From the NCBI RefSeq assembly GCF_032154635.1, contig NZ_JALDXW010000008.1, positions 55,568 to 119,567 on the forward strand: a stretch of DNA of 64,000 nt, read 5' to 3'. Source of the stretch: Cytobacillus sp. (GTDB lineage: Bacteria > Bacillota > Bacilli > Bacillales > Cytobacillaceae). The notes beneath the pieces are model-generated. The model did no database searches and was not told the DNA's origin. It worked only from the letters and a program-made list of their open reading frames with translations. Shown one piece after another: positions 9,762-20,559 of the stretch (the first letter of the stretch is position 1; the number at the start of each line of letters is the position of its first letter). The translations under genes were made by a program, and so were the position numbers.

Positions 9762-9830
9762 AAAAATCATTCCTTTATGTTTCAATATAATTCAATTTTA
9801 ACAAGTTATGATTAGATCCCCCACAAAGAG

Positions 9831-10310
9831 TTATAAGGAGTCCTGCCTAAAAATAAGATGTTTTGGTGTTAAAGGAAGCTGTTTAAGAGATGTCCTTAAA
9901 AATTCAGGAAATAACGGGAGTTGCTTAAGCTCAGTTATTGGAACCCATCTATAAATCAGCCTGTTCCCTTCTTCACCATGAAAAGTTTCAGTTGTAAAAT
10001 GAGATGAGGCAGTAGCCGATGAAATACTATAATAAAAACCAAGTTCATGAAAATGCTTGCTATTGTATTCAAAAAAATTCTCTGTCACCCAAAGGAGCCT
10101 ATTTATCTTCACATCAAAACCAAGTTCCTCTTTCATCTCTCTTATAATACATGACTGAGAATTTTCCAAAATTTCTACTCTGCCGCCTGGTAAAGCCCAA
10201 TGATTATCACTTACTTGCTTATGTATTAGCACATGTCCAGTCTCTATCATGACTCCTGCAGCTCTAACGTTAAAAACAGCATTGTTTAAATGAAAGGTAG
10301 CGTCCATCAT
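9831..10310 (-). CDS. NUDIX hydrolase
   Basis: Nudix box GGRVEILENSQSCIIREMKEELGF. Confidence 0.85.
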   Translation of the reverse strand: MMDATFHLNNAVFNVRAAGVMIETGHVLIHKQVSDNHWALPGGRVEILENSQSCIIREMKEELGFDVKINRLLWVTENFFEYNSKHFHELGFYYSISSATASSHFTTETFHGEEGNRLIYRWVPITELKQLPLFPEFLRTSLKQLPLTPKHLIFRQDSL

Positions 10311-10380
10311 TTTATCTCCCAGTTATGAATGTTATAGCCCGTTTTTATCTTTATTTTCTATGTTTAATTTTTATTTGCCC

Positions 10381-11319
10381 CTATTCAGCATCCATCCATA
10401 ACGTACCGCCAATATCAAGCACACGAAGCTGTTCCTTGCTCATTTTTAACCGTTCCCACTCTTTATATAATCGTTCTAGCGCCTCTGGTCCCGTATCATC
10501 AGCTAAACGAAAGGCTCCATAATGCATGGGAATAAATGTGGAGGCATTTAATTCCCTAAATGCTTTAACTGCATCTTCTGGATTAATATGAGAGTTCTTC
10601 ATGAACCACTCTGGTTCGTATGCTCCAATTGGCATCAGCACATAATTAATAGAATGAAACCTTCCAGAAATTTCCTTAAAACCACAAAAATAACCTGTAT
10701 CACCCACAAAATAGATTGATTGTCCAGATGATTCTTCTTCAATTATCCACCCTCCCCAATGAGAAGAGTTTGTATCAAACAAGCTGCGCCGTGTCCAGTG
10801 TTGAGCAGGAACAAAGGTTATTTTAAGATTATGATTGGCAAATGAATCCCACCAGTTAGCCTCAATCGTATTGTTATAGCCCCTTTTAGCAAAAAGCCTT
10901 TTTAACCCATGTGGGACATAAAAGGCAGGATTTCCTTTTAAGCGCCGAATCGAGCGAAAATCCAAATGATCATAATGTCCATGTGAGATGAAAACAATAT
11001 CAATTTCCGGCAGTTCTTCCATTGCAATTCCGGGATTTGTCAGGCGCTTATCAGTGCCCTGCCTTTTTGCCCAGACAGGATCAGTTAATATATTTTTCCC
11101 ATCTAACTGGATGAGAAAAGTAGAATGACCTATCCAAGTTATACTTGCCTTGTCACGATTGAGTTGTAGCGCCTCAATTTCTTTGTTTTCTGCCTGTGGA
11201 ATCTGAATCGTTAAATTCTTAACTTTAGAGCGGCGTTCTTTTCGCCATTGGGATAATGCCTTAAATGAATGATTATTCTCCACTCGGTCCAAGTTTTCGT
11301 AGCGTTTTCTCACGTTCAT
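10381..11319 (-). CDS. MBL-fold metallo-hydrolase (NAPE-PLD-like)
   Basis: ITWIGHSTFLIQ and ISHGHYDHLD motifs. Confidence 0.8.
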   Translation of the reverse strand: MNVRKRYENLDRVENNHSFKALSQWRKERRSKVKNLTIQIPQAENKEIEALQLNRDKASITWIGHSTFLIQLDGKNILTDPVWAKRQGTDKRLTNPGIAMEELPEIDIVFISHGHYDHLDFRSIRRLKGNPAFYVPHGLKRLFAKRGYNNTIEANWWDSFANHNLKITFVPAQHWTRRSLFDTNSSHWGGWIIEEESSGQSIYFVGDTGYFCGFKEISGRFHSINYVLMPIGAYEPEWFMKNSHINPEDAVKAFRELNASTFIPMHYGAFRLADDTGPEALERLYKEWERLKMSKEQLRVLDIGGTLWMDAE

Positions 11320-11408
11320 TTCCTCACTAATTAGAATAGTTCCACACTTTCTATGATAGCAAAAAATTGCCAGCTATCCTATCCACAGCATTTGCTAGCT
11401 GAAAATGG

Positions 11409-11597
11409 ATGAATTTTCTTAATGAAATGTACGACACGGTTGCTCCTTATTCCGAGAAATTAATGTTTAATCATATTGTCGCACTGATTTCGGCTGCTAT
11501 AGGTTATTTGGGTGCTGGAGTGTCTGTTTCGAAAAAGAGAGACTTACTTTTGGAATATACTCGTTTGATGGCCGAGAAAAATAGAAATATGAAGTGA
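11409..11597 (+). CDS. Hypothetical 62-aa protein (weak call)
   Basis: Open frame only. Poor SD, one hydrophobic segment. Confidence 0.25.
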   Translation: MNFLNEMYDTVAPYSEKLMFNHIVALISAAIGYLGAGVSVSKKRDLLLEYTRLMAEKNRNMK

Positions 11598-11683
11598 ATT
11601 TCTACTATTCGGTCTAATAGTTAGCCATGATCGGTATTTTATTCATCATTTAGTACAAAATAGTAAAAACCATTTTAACAGGA

Positions 11684-12124
11684 GTGAATAAAAAAGTGAT
11701 TCAATTACAATCGGAAATTGAAGGAAAAAGAGCTTATTTTGGCATTGTAAAAGACTTATTTGACCTAAACGGTTGCAGTTTCTGCAGTAATTTTGATTAC
11801 CATCAAGGGAAATTTGATGCAGTGTTATGGCGCGAGGGCGGTGAAACGATTTATTTGAGAGTTCCTATAAATGTTCTCGAGGGGGCATTGGATCATTCTA
11901 ATGCTTATATTGAATTTGGAACCCCCTATGTGATTAAGCATGTTGTTAATATTGGACTAGATTATGATGAACACTCATTGCTTACAGGCACGACGGGGCT
12001 CACTCAATTTCAAGAACCAATAGATAAAGATGGGTACATACGAGATAAAAGCAAATGGGAATTGGCGGGAGAACAAAAAATTAACCAAATTTTAAATTCG
12101 ATTGATACACTGTTAAGCTCATAA
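11684..12124 (+). CDS. YugN-like family protein (tentative)
   Basis: Pattern FDYHQGKFD...IYLRVP..VLEGALD...IEFGTPYVIKH resembles YugN-like proteins as recalled. The start could instead be the GTG at 11696. Confidence 0.45.
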   Translation: MNKKVIQLQSEIEGKRAYFGIVKDLFDLNGCSFCSNFDYHQGKFDAVLWREGGETIYLRVPINVLEGALDHSNAYIEFGTPYVIKHVVNIGLDYDEHSLLTGTTGLTQFQEPIDKDGYIRDKSKWELAGEQKINQILNSIDTLLSS

Positions 12125-12195
12125 CAGGCTGTCTTTTTAAGTTATCATGTGACCACTAATGGAAAAATAGATCATACGATTAGGATAATCAATTA

Positions 12196-12232
12196 CAAAA
12201 AAAAATCGAGTACTAAATTACTCGATTTTTTC
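12196..12232. terminator. Bidirectional intrinsic terminator
   Basis: Stem TCGAGTA/TACTCGA flanked by an A-run and a T-run. Confidence 0.7.
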
Positions 12233-12238
12233 TTGCCT

Positions 12239-12577
12239 TTATGTTAGCTCTTGTCGATCCTTGTCATTTCTTGCCGATATATCTCTTACATCTGTTATAT
12301 CTGATTCTTCACCAAACTCAGTCCCGTAATTGACTTTTCCATATCCTTGATTGGTTGGTTCCACTGTCTCTCTCTCTTCCCACACTTTAAAAAGAAGAGT
12401 CAGGCAAAGGATACCACTTAGTCCAACAAGGCTATAGATAATTCTTGATAAAGCTGCGTCTTGTCCTCCAAATATAGCGGCAACCAAATCAAAATTAAAA
12501 AATCCAATTAAACCCCAATTGAGTGCTCCAATAATTGTTAGGGCTAATGCAAATCGCTGAATGGTTCTCATTAACAT
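12239..12577 (-). CDS. DUF378 (YuzA-like) membrane protein with acidic C-terminal tail
   Basis: ALTIIGALNWGLIGFFNFDLVAAIFGG is the family hallmark as I recall it. Confidence 0.7.
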   Translation of the reverse strand: MLMRTIQRFALALTIIGALNWGLIGFFNFDLVAAIFGGQDAALSRIIYSLVGLSGILCLTLLFKVWEERETVEPTNQGYGKVNYGTEFGEESDITDVRDISARNDKDRQELT

Positions 12578-12735
12578 TTCATCTCCTATTCATAGCATGT
12601 TATGAATTACACTTTGTTATTAAGTGAATCTTACCCACCCATTTAAGATTCATTACTATCGTTTGTATTCATTGCACGTTTCATACAAATAAGTTTTGAC
12701 ATTCCCTCTCACTATAGAAAGTACTACTGAATAGT

Positions 12736-12900
12736 AAGAGGCTGGGACAAAACTAAGTTATCCATTTCTAAATCCGAATAATATACTTTACTAAACACGT
12801 GAAAAATAATAAAAACCGAACTACACTGAAGCTCTAAAAGAGAGTTTCAAATAATAGTTCGGTTTTTCCATTTACTGAAAACCTTTTGTCCCATTCTCTT
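12736..12900. repeat. Nested inverted repeats: 15/17-bp outer arms around a 131-bp insert that holds its own long hairpin
   Basis: AAGAGGCTGGGACAAAA (12736..12752) pairs with TTTTGTCCCATTCTCTT (12884..12900). The inner hairpin has AAAAACCGAACTA / TAGTTCGGTTTTT arms plus an 8-bp distal stem. Confidence 0.6.
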
Positions 12901-12901
12901 C

Positions 12902-13075
12902 TTAACGTCGATGTTCGACTAGATCAATAACCCCTAATACTACATGCGCTAAGCCAAATCCAAAAATTGTATTGGCAATCATTTTATTTGAATTACGCTG
13001 TTGCTTTATTGCATATCCCGCTGCAGTAACAGCAGACCCTAATGCAGTCGGAATTATGCCTTCACGAATATTCAT
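12902..13075 (-). CDS. Small membrane protein, 57 aa
   Basis: ATG at 13075 is preceded by GGAGGG. Two hydrophobic helices (IIPTALGSAVTAAGYAI and TIFGFGLAHVVLGVIDLV). Confidence 0.55.
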   Translation of the reverse strand: MNIREGIIPTALGSAVTAAGYAIKQQRNSNKMIANTIFGFGLAHVVLGVIDLVEHRR

Positions 13076-13179
13076 GGCTATTTCCCTCCACATTACCGGT
13101 AGTGGTGTATCACACCAATCTTATTTTTACCATAGCAAGTGGAAATATACTGACTTACTCATTTTTAAAACTGGGGAAG

Positions 13180-13938
13180 CTATTCTTTATTATCTGTATA
13201 AAAAAATGAATAAGGACATTGGGGTGGAGTTGAAAGATCATCACTAAGGAAATACTGTTTCCATTCAAAATTCTCGTTGCTTCCATATAAATTTAAATCA
13301 GGATGGATTCCTACATTATCATAATTTACTATTCGGTTTCGAATATTTTTTCGTATCTTATTGGCATAGTTAATCGTTAAATTAAATTCTTCCAATACCC
13401 AACGTGGGGTAATGGCAAATATAAAATATCGAAAATGCCTGCTTTTTCTATTTTTGTGGGAAGGGGTTGCACAATACATAAAGTACTGCTCCCCTCCAAA
13501 GCAGTATTCCCAAACATGATGTTCTGGATTTCGCGGGATATGACTCGGCCATTCTATTTCGTCTAATGTACTTATCTCACGTAATAAAGTCCAAAATAAC
13601 AGGCGATAGTCTTCTATTGTATATTTTCTAATTAAATCTTCTGGTGTATTGAAAATAGCAATTAACGATGTATAGTGACCAAAGCTTTTAGATTTTTGAC
13701 CATAATTCTTAAGCAATCCGGCTAATTCAGCTGGGGTTTCTTTAAGCCTAGGGTCATCTAAAAAGACATATCTAAAATGATTTAGTTTAAAACCTATAGT
13801 AGCTGGGATACATGGAAAGGGATCATTGATATCGGATAGTTTTTCTTTAAAACAATTAAATGCTTCATACTGCCATTTCTTTTCTAATATACAGGGAACA
13901 CTTTCAATTTGTTTTCCATCCAGAAGTTGCATTAGCAC
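13180..13938 (-). CDS. YqcI/YcgG family protein
   Basis: FPCIPA..., HHVWEYCFGGEQYFMYCATPSHKNRKSRH and FAITPRWV fit the family pattern as recalled. Confidence 0.7.
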   Translation of the reverse strand: MLMQLLDGKQIESVPCILEKKWQYEAFNCFKEKLSDINDPFPCIPATIGFKLNHFRYVFLDDPRLKETPAELAGLLKNYGQKSKSFGHYTSLIAIFNTPEDLIRKYTIEDYRLLFWTLLREISTLDEIEWPSHIPRNPEHHVWEYCFGGEQYFMYCATPSHKNRKSRHFRYFIFAITPRWVLEEFNLTINYANKIRKNIRNRIVNYDNVGIHPDLNLYGSNENFEWKQYFLSDDLSTPPQCPYSFFYTDNKE

Positions 13939-14050
13939 CTCAGCCTCCTCCCCTCCATAATATTAACTAAGATACCTAAGAGTGTTTAATTAAAGTGGAA
14001 AATAATTTACGTCCTAGATATTTAGTCATATTATAGCAAGGGGGAATATT

Positions 14051-14995
14051 ATGTCTTCAGCAGGAGCATTTTTGCAAGAAATGCTAGTCCTTTACGGAAT
14101 CGCCTTTCTTGGGTTTATTGTTAGGAAAAAGAACATCTTAAATGAACATGCAAATGACGTTTTGACACAGTTCATCCTATATATCACCTTACCTGCCCTC
14201 ATCTTATTTTCTTTAGATATTCCATTTTCCGCCAATATAATAAAAGATTTTCTTTGGCTTATTTCCATGTCCATCTATATCCTTGTCTTATCATGCTTTT
14301 TAGCAAAATGGATGAAAAAACGAGCAGTTCTTACACACAAACAAAAAAATGTATATGAGGGCTTAATAATTTTTGGGAATCAAGGGTTTATTGGTTATGC
14401 TGTTAGTTCCATTCTTTTAGGAGAGCAAGGAATTATTTATTTAACAATCTTTAATTTATGTTATTTGATACTTATATGGACGTACGGACTATTCCTATTT
14501 AGTAAAAGCCAGCATACATTCATCTGGAAACAAGTTTTTTGCAATCCTGGAATCTTTTCTACATTCATTGGAATTATTCTTTTTCTGCTTCCATACCATT
14601 TGCCTGTGATAGTATCTAGCGTGCTGGAAAGCATGGGTAACATGACCATTCCTCTATCTATGCTGCTAATTGGCAGCATGATCGCTAAAGTTAATTATAA
14701 AGAACTGTTTCTATTGATTAAAAATAGCTACTTATGGAAAATGGCATTCGCTAGACTATTATTTATCCCCTTTTTATTACTCCCATTTACTTTTTTAAGC
14801 GTCCCATTTTCATTGCTGATTATTGCTATGCTCGTATCTGGAATGCCTGCTGCACCGACTATCACACTGTTCTCTCAGAAATATAGTGCAGATACTTTAT
14901 TTGCTTCGTTAGGTGTATTAATTACTACACTTCTATGTATTTTCACCATCCCCTTGTTATATTTAATCCTAAATATTATTTATATTCATTTTTAA
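14051..14995 (+). CDS. AEC (auxin efflux carrier) family transporter
   Basis: About 10 TM segments. N-terminus FLGFIVRKKNIL..HANDVLTQFILYITLPALILFS is typical of the family. Confidence 0.8.
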   Translation: MSSAGAFLQEMLVLYGIAFLGFIVRKKNILNEHANDVLTQFILYITLPALILFSLDIPFSANIIKDFLWLISMSIYILVLSCFLAKWMKKRAVLTHKQKNVYEGLIIFGNQGFIGYAVSSILLGEQGIIYLTIFNLCYLILIWTYGLFLFSKSQHTFIWKQVFCNPGIFSTFIGIILFLLPYHLPVIVSSVLESMGNMTIPLSMLLIGSMIAKVNYKELFLLIKNSYLWKMAFARLLFIPFLLLPFTFLSVPFSLLIIAMLVSGMPAAPTITLFSQKYSADTLFASLGVLITTLLCIFTIPLLYLILNIIYIHF

Positions 14996-15126
14996 TGAAG
15001 GAGTTGATTGAAAATTCGAACATACTCCTTGTCCTTATTCAATATTTTTATCAGCTAACGAGTTTCAGGACCTAAATCACTTTTTAACAATTTCTTCACG
15101 CCATTTATCAAATGGTAGATTATGAA

Positions 15127-16155
15127 TCAAGTGAAGTATTCTAGTTTTGCATTCGGAAAGAATTTTTTCATGTAATCAAATAGATGACTTTTCAAATCCT
15201 CTTCGTCTTCTTTTTGATAAATATATTTTCCTATCCCGTATTTCCCCCATTTGTACCGTCGTTTCTCTTCATCTAATTCTAATTTTGTCATTGGATAGTT
15301 CTTTTCAATGACTCGCTTTGCCGGTTTTGTAAAACGATGCTGTATGAACTCAAAGGTCAAATCTTCTTTCGCTTCTGGAGGCAGTTCCTTATCTAATCGC
15401 TCAAACATATAGAAGTAACCTTCCTCCCAGCCTTCATGCAGGTAAATGGGGGCAACGATAAAGCCAAGAGGATACCCAGCTCTAGCAACTTTACCTGCCG
15501 CCTCAATTCTTTTTTCTAAAGGAGAAGTCCCCGGTTCAAAGTTCTTTATTACGTAATCAGCATTTACACTGAACCGAAACCTTGTCCTTCCATTATGTTT
15601 GGCATCCAGCAGATGATCTACATGATGAAACTTTGTAACAAATCTTAGCTTTCCAAGGTCAGATTTTCCAAAATGTTCAATCGCCTTTTTTAATGAATGA
15701 GTTAAATGGTCTATTCCTACAATATCAGATGTACAGGATGCTTCAAACCTTGTTTGCTCTGGTGCACGCTCTTCCATATATTTATCGGCAGCTTCCAGAA
15801 TTTCATCCACATTTACGTAAGTACGAATGTATGGTTTACTCCCCATCGTCGTTTGTAAATAGCAATAGTGGCAGTGCCCCATACACCCTGTTGCAAATGG
15901 AATGGCATATTCTGCTGAAGGCTTTGACGTATCGAACTTTAACGTTTTTCGAATACCAACGACGAGCGTCGACTTTGCCACCCGGTATCTTTGTAGATCA
16001 TTCTCTCCCGGGAGATTCCTTACTTGGTTATGAGAGGTAGTATAGCGGATTTCCACATCCGTTTTTTCAAACTTTTTCAATAGTTCTTTACCTAACGGAT
16101 AATCTAGGCTTTGTGGTTCAAAGTATACAAGCCTAGGGGTAAATGGTTTATTCAT
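15127..16155 (-). CDS. splB: Spore photoproduct lyase (radical SAM)
   Basis: CMGHCHYCYLQ CxxxCxxC cluster. 342 aa, collinear with B. subtilis SplB. Confidence 0.92.
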   Translation of the reverse strand: MNKPFTPRLVYFEPQSLDYPLGKELLKKFEKTDVEIRYTTSHNQVRNLPGENDLQRYRVAKSTLVVGIRKTLKFDTSKPSAEYAIPFATGCMGHCHYCYLQTTMGSKPYIRTYVNVDEILEAADKYMEERAPEQTRFEASCTSDIVGIDHLTHSLKKAIEHFGKSDLGKLRFVTKFHHVDHLLDAKHNGRTRFRFSVNADYVIKNFEPGTSPLEKRIEAAGKVARAGYPLGFIVAPIYLHEGWEEGYFYMFERLDKELPPEAKEDLTFEFIQHRFTKPAKRVIEKNYPMTKLELDEEKRRYKWGKYGIGKYIYQKEDEEDLKSHLFDYMKKFFPNAKLEYFT

Positions 16156-16397
16156 TCCAGCACCCCTTCAGAAATATCTCCGTAATAATAATGATAAGCA
16201 GCATTTGCCTCTTCTTCTGTAGAATAAACAGCCATTTCATTAGATAAGGGATAATATGTCTCATATAAAAACAATGCCAGTTCATTAGGGTTATCAGGAT
16301 TATTCACTACAGCTGCTGCTTGAATATTTGCCACATCCTGTGTATGGGGATTTCGGTAGAAAACATAAACAACATCGCCTGCTTGAAAATTATTCAT
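16152..16397 (-). CDS. splA: SplA, small regulator encoded upstream of splB
   Basis: 81 aa, 4-nt overlap with the splB start, conserved position. Confidence 0.75.
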   Translation of the reverse strand: MNNFQAGDVVYVFYRNPHTQDVANIQAAAVVNNPDNPNELALFLYETYYPLSNEMAVYSTEEEANAAYHYYYGDISEGVLE

Positions 16398-16603
16398 TCT
16401 ATCACCTCATTGATAGGGACAAAATTCCTGCCCCTTTGTCCTATAATCTCTTTATAAAATTTTGCCTTTTACTCTTGAGTTTATGTTTTCTTTTTTATGG
16501 AAAGTGTGAATCAAAACAAGTAGAACTTTTTTGTTTAAAGATCTTTAATCAGCTCATAATAACTTTTGATACACCCAAATTTGTAAACGGAGTTGATTGA
16601 AAA

Positions 16604-16969
16604 ATGACATTTGAAGCTAGGAGCTCGACTGAAGCTGCACTAATTAAATACAAAGAAGGACTAAGTATGTTTACAGAAAAAATGCCTGAATTTGCAAGTC
16701 ATTTTCATTCATTTACTGAAGCGTGCTTTCAAGAAGGAGCACTAACTCAAAGGGAAAAGCAATTAATCGCACTTGGGATTAGTCTCCATGCTCAGGATGA
16801 GTATTGTATTATTTATCATACGAAAGGCTGCCTTGACCACGGATGTTCCGAACAAGAAATTCTCGAAGCAGTTGGAGTAACAGCTGCATTTGGCGGTGGA
16901 GCATCCATGAGTCAAGGAGTAACTCTTGTACAGGAATGTATGGGGGAAATGAACCAAAAAATGCAATGA
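16604..16969 (+). CDS. Carboxymuconolactone decarboxylase / AhpD-like family protein
   Basis: [25 protein letters not shown] core. GGAG SD. Confidence 0.75.
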   Translation: MTFEARSSTEAALIKYKEGLSMFTEKMPEFASHFHSFTEACFQEGALTQREKQLIALGISLHAQDEYCIIYHTKGCLDHGCSEQEILEAVGVTAAFGGGASMSQGVTLVQECMGEMNQKMQ

Positions 16970-17103
16970 AGGATCAAAAGTATGTGTGACTTCAATTACT
17001 GCTAGAAGTGATTCGGTGCTTAAACAATCATGGAAGCACAACAAAAGAACGGAAATGGTAATGGGATGGGACATCTTTCCTGTCCCTCTGTCCCATTCTT
17101 CAT

Positions 17104-18057
17104 TTACCACTCTAAAGTGAATCCTTTTATTCGTTTAACTCCCCGAATTGATGCAATTTCTTCTACAAGCCTTTGCATGGCTAAGTTTTTCATCTTTGCC
17201 TCTATCATAATATCTATATCCATATTAATCTCTTTAACCATTTTCAAAAAAGGGAGAACGAACTCTTTCGAAACATAATCTGCATGGGATCGAAATGCAC
17301 CTTCTGATTTCGGGGATGAAAGATGAACTTTCGGTAAAAGGTTTGTTTGTTCCCAAGTATTAAAAATCCGCTGCAGATAGATTGAAAGATCCACTCCTCC
17401 CTTATTTGCTAAATGATGATGGTAGTCCAGGATCATTGGCATATTTTCTTTTTCACAAGTACGAAGGGTTTCTTCTACATTAAACGTTTTATCATCATTT
17501 TCGAGTGTCGTTATCTTTTTTATCTCAGTAGGCAGGCTTGTTATATTATCGTGAAATCGTTTTAATGCCATTTCTTTCTCTCCATACGCTCCGCCAATGT
17601 GAATATTAATGATCCCCTGCTCTAATATCCCCATTGCTTGAAGCATTTTATAATGATATTCCATATCTTTAATCGAATTCGTTGTAACTTCTTCTTTGTG
17701 ACTAGTAAACAGTGTGAATTGATTAGGATGAAAACTAGGGCGCAGTTTTATCTGTTTTACGATTTGTCCAAGTTCTTCCCACTCCGTTTTAAAGGGTGTA
17801 ACGAAATCCCACATTACCTCTGGATGCGTAGCTAATGGAACAAGCGCACTCGAAAATCGGTAAAGTTCTATTTCATTTGCCAGATTATAATACAAAATCC
17901 TTTTGGTATGATAAATATTCTGGGCAGTCACTGCCTTAAGCTTTTCTAACCGTTCTTCTTTTGGAAGTGCGGAATACCGAGTAAATGTAAGTGTTTTAGA
18001 GGGACTCGCATCCCATAACCCTAAGGCATTCGCGACATACCCAAATCGAATCTTCAT
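17104..18057 (-). CDS. uvsE: UV damage endonuclease
   Basis: MKIRFGYVANALGLWDASPSKT N-terminus and UvdE-like length (317 aa). Confidence 0.88.
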   Translation of the reverse strand: MKIRFGYVANALGLWDASPSKTLTFTRYSALPKEERLEKLKAVTAQNIYHTKRILYYNLANEIELYRFSSALVPLATHPEVMWDFVTPFKTEWEELGQIVKQIKLRPSFHPNQFTLFTSHKEEVTTNSIKDMEYHYKMLQAMGILEQGIINIHIGGAYGEKEMALKRFHDNITSLPTEIKKITTLENDDKTFNVEETLRTCEKENMPMILDYHHHLANKGGVDLSIYLQRIFNTWEQTNLLPKVHLSSPKSEGAFRSHADYVSKEFVLPFLKMVKEINMDIDIMIEAKMKNLAMQRLVEEIASIRGVKRIKGFTLEW

Positions 18058-18145
18058 TTACATTCCCCTTTTTATAAATAACTTCTTTATTTTGTCGCAT
18101 TTTGTCGATATAATTAGACAACGATTCAGACAGGAGGAATAAAAA

Positions 18146-19888
18146 TTGCAAAGAAAAAAATCGCTCAAACGCACACTATCATTCATATTATTATTAATCA
18201 TCATTGGATTATTCATTGTGAACTCGGGATTTCTATACCTTAATTCCAAATCATCAATTAAACAAACATTAAAGGAGACTTCCATTCTTCACGCGGAAAG
18301 AATCTCCGCTGCCATTGACCCTGCTATGTATAAAGAGTTCTTAGAGAATCCTGTTCAAAATAGCACCTACAATAAACTTCGATTACAGCTGAATGATTAT
18401 CGAGAAAAAACAGGTGCACTTTATGTATATACACTCCTGATTGATAAGAATAATGGGACCCATATTATGATCGATGGATACCCAACTGCAGAAGAAGCTG
18501 CTGATATCGGTGAAATGACTACATCAACATCAATTGAGGATTTAACCCCAATATTGGATGGAGGAACAAGCAGTACGGATATTGTCGTTGATCCTGAATA
18601 TGGAGAATACATGTCAGCATTTGCACCAATTAAGGATGAAAAAGGAACTGTCATTGGAATCGTTGGGGTGGATATGGAGGCAAATTTAGTCCATTCAATA
18701 ACAAAAAAAGTATTAATGGAAACTACCCCCATTTTCTTAGGAATATCAATGCTGCTTTTATGCATCATCATTACTGTTACATATAAACTTTTTGGCAAAA
18801 AGCTATCGCCTTTAACCCAGATAAGTAAGGCTGCATCAACGATTGCAACTGGTGATCTTGTAAAGGCAAATAGCCAATTATTGAAAATTAAGAATCAAGC
18901 CAATGATGAAATTGGCTTACTGCATAAAGCGATGAGCAGCATGACCAGCACGCTTGAAGAAATTGTAAACCAAATGCAAACATTATCGGTCAATGTAAAT
19001 AATCAGAGTATTAGTTTATTAAACGGGGCAACTGAACTAAATGATGGTACGATTCAAATAGCTAAGACAATGGATGAAATGGCATCTGGAGCTGAATCTC
19101 AAGCCTCACTTGCCATGAACCTTGCTGAAAATATGAGAGAATTTTCATATTCAATTAATCAAACAAACAAAAATGGAAAAAAGCTGCAAGAGGCGCATGA
19201 GGAGACTACACAATCCGCATCAACTGGCATTAGCCTTATGAATCATACTATTGAGTCAATGGATGATATCTACAAGAAGATTTCTCTGTCAACCTCTGAT
19301 GTACAAAAACTAGATTCACATACAAAGGAAGTGTCTAAACTTGTTTCTTTCATAAGAAATATTGCAGAACAAACAAACCTGCTTGCATTAAATGCAGCCA
19401 TTGAAGCCGCAAGAGCTGGAGAGCATGGAAAGGGATTTGCAGTCGTTGCAGCTGAGGTGAAAAAGTTGGCCGAACAAGTATCCAACTCTGTTGATGGAAT
19501 TCAATCTATCGTCAAAAAGGTGGAGAGTAACACGAATGATATGGTCATGCACATGAAAGACGGATTAGATGCAGTTGTTGCAGGTCAGAATCGTTTAAGT
19601 GAAACAAGTAAGGCATTCAATGAAATCTCAGCCATCATTTTAAATATGAATCACTTAGTTACTGATATGTACAATGAATTACAGTTTATCACAAATAAAC
19701 AGCAGATGATGGCGAACTCAATTGATGAAATCGCGGCCATTTCAGAAGAAAATGCGGCGGGAATTGAACAAGTGGCAGCATCTTCTCAGCAAATGAACCG
19801 CTCAACGACGGAAATTAAATCCTTAGCCAACAGCCTTAGCCACATGTCAACCGATTTAAAAACAATAAATGAGAGATTTAAGGTATAA
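18146..19888 (+). CDS. Methyl-accepting chemotaxis protein with extracytoplasmic Cache-like sensor and HAMP
   Basis: TM, about 170-aa sensor, TM, then HAMP. Signalling hairpin [31 protein letters not shown] start after AGGAGG. Confidence 0.9.
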   Translation: MQRKKSLKRTLSFILLLIIIGLFIVNSGFLYLNSKSSIKQTLKETSILHAERISAAIDPAMYKEFLENPVQNSTYNKLRLQLNDYREKTGALYVYTLLIDKNNGTHIMIDGYPTAEEAADIGEMTTSTSIEDLTPILDGGTSSTDIVVDPEYGEYMSAFAPIKDEKGTVIGIVGVDMEANLVHSITKKVLMETTPIFLGISMLLLCIIITVTYKLFGKKLSPLTQISKAASTIATGDLVKANSQLLKIKNQANDEIGLLHKAMSSMTSTLEEIVNQMQTLSVNVNNQSISLLNGATELNDGTIQIAKTMDEMASGAESQASLAMNLAENMREFSYSINQTNKNGKKLQEAHEETTQSASTGISLMNHTIESMDDIYKKISLSTSDVQKLDSHTKEVSKLVSFIRNIAEQTNLLALNAAIEAARAGEHGKGFAVVAAEVKKLAEQVSNSVDGIQSIVKKVESNTNDMVMHMKDGLDAVVAGQNRLSETSKAFNEISAIILNMNHLVTDMYNELQFITNKQQMMANSIDEIAAISEENAAGIEQVAASSQQMNRSTTEIKSLANSLSHMSTDLKTINERFKV

Positions 19889-19914
19889 TTTCTAGTCTTT
19901 CCATTAGCTATTGC

Positions 19915-19950
19915 GACCGAGGGCAGTACGCTACCCTCGGTCTTTCTATT
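19915..19950 (+). terminator. Intrinsic terminator after the MCP gene
   Basis: GACCGAGGG/CCCTCGGTC stem followed by TTTCTATT. Confidence 0.7.
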
Positions 19951-20292
19951 ATCCAATCAAAATTTTGCGTCTAAATAACACAACATCTACTTTTCCTCTG
20001 ATATGCGTCCAAACTGCAGCTGCTAAGACGGCAAGAGTTGTTACTTTGATCCATATTCAATAATTTTCTTCAGTTAATACAACGAAAGCTTCACCTAGCT
20101 TACTATTCCTATGTTTTTCGAAAAATTAATCAAAATAATTTTACCTTGACAAGAACGAAGTAAGGACATTATGATAAATTCCATGAAATCCAGATGACGA
20201 ATGGAGTCATTATGCTAAATTCAAAAAAGAAAATAGATTATTAACTTAACAGAATAGGCAAAATTTCAAATCATTATAAAAGGCGGGAAAGC

Positions 20293-20487
20293 ATGAGGAA
20301 ATCCTCTTGTAGATTTATTGTAAATGCTGTAGGAAAAGGTGGACAAACTTATTTAACCCATTGTCAGGATAAACATGAACTGAAGAAATGGGTAGCCGAT
20401 CATCAGGATGATTTATTAATGAATGAGTTAAAAATTATTGATAGGAAAATGCATCCATTACTAAAGCTATTTTCTAAAAAAATATAA
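20293..20487 (+). CDS. Hypothetical 64-aa basic protein
   Basis: SD AAAAGGCGGGAAAGC-ATG. Upstream TTGACA-18-TATGAT promoter near 20146..20175. Terminator follows. Confidence 0.45.
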   Translation: MRKSSCRFIVNAVGKGGQTYLTHCQDKHELKKWVADHQDDLLMNELKIIDRKMHPLLKLFSKKI

Positions 20488-20511
20488 ACATTGCTTACTG
20501 TTCATATCATG

Positions 20512-20545
20512 CCTGTCAAAACGCTATGTTTTGACAGGTTTATTC
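20512..20545. terminator. Bidirectional terminator
   Basis: CCTGTCAAAAC/GTTTTGACAGG stem. Confidence 0.7.
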
Positions 20546-20559
20546 GTGTTCTTTTTTAT

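Noticed and set aside
19949-20056. Minus-strand hydrophobic stretch WIKVTTLAVLAAAVWTHIRGKVDVVLFRRKILIG ending in a stop
   Set aside because: There is no in-frame start codon after the preceding TGA and no SD. It could be a remnant, but the evidence is insufficient.
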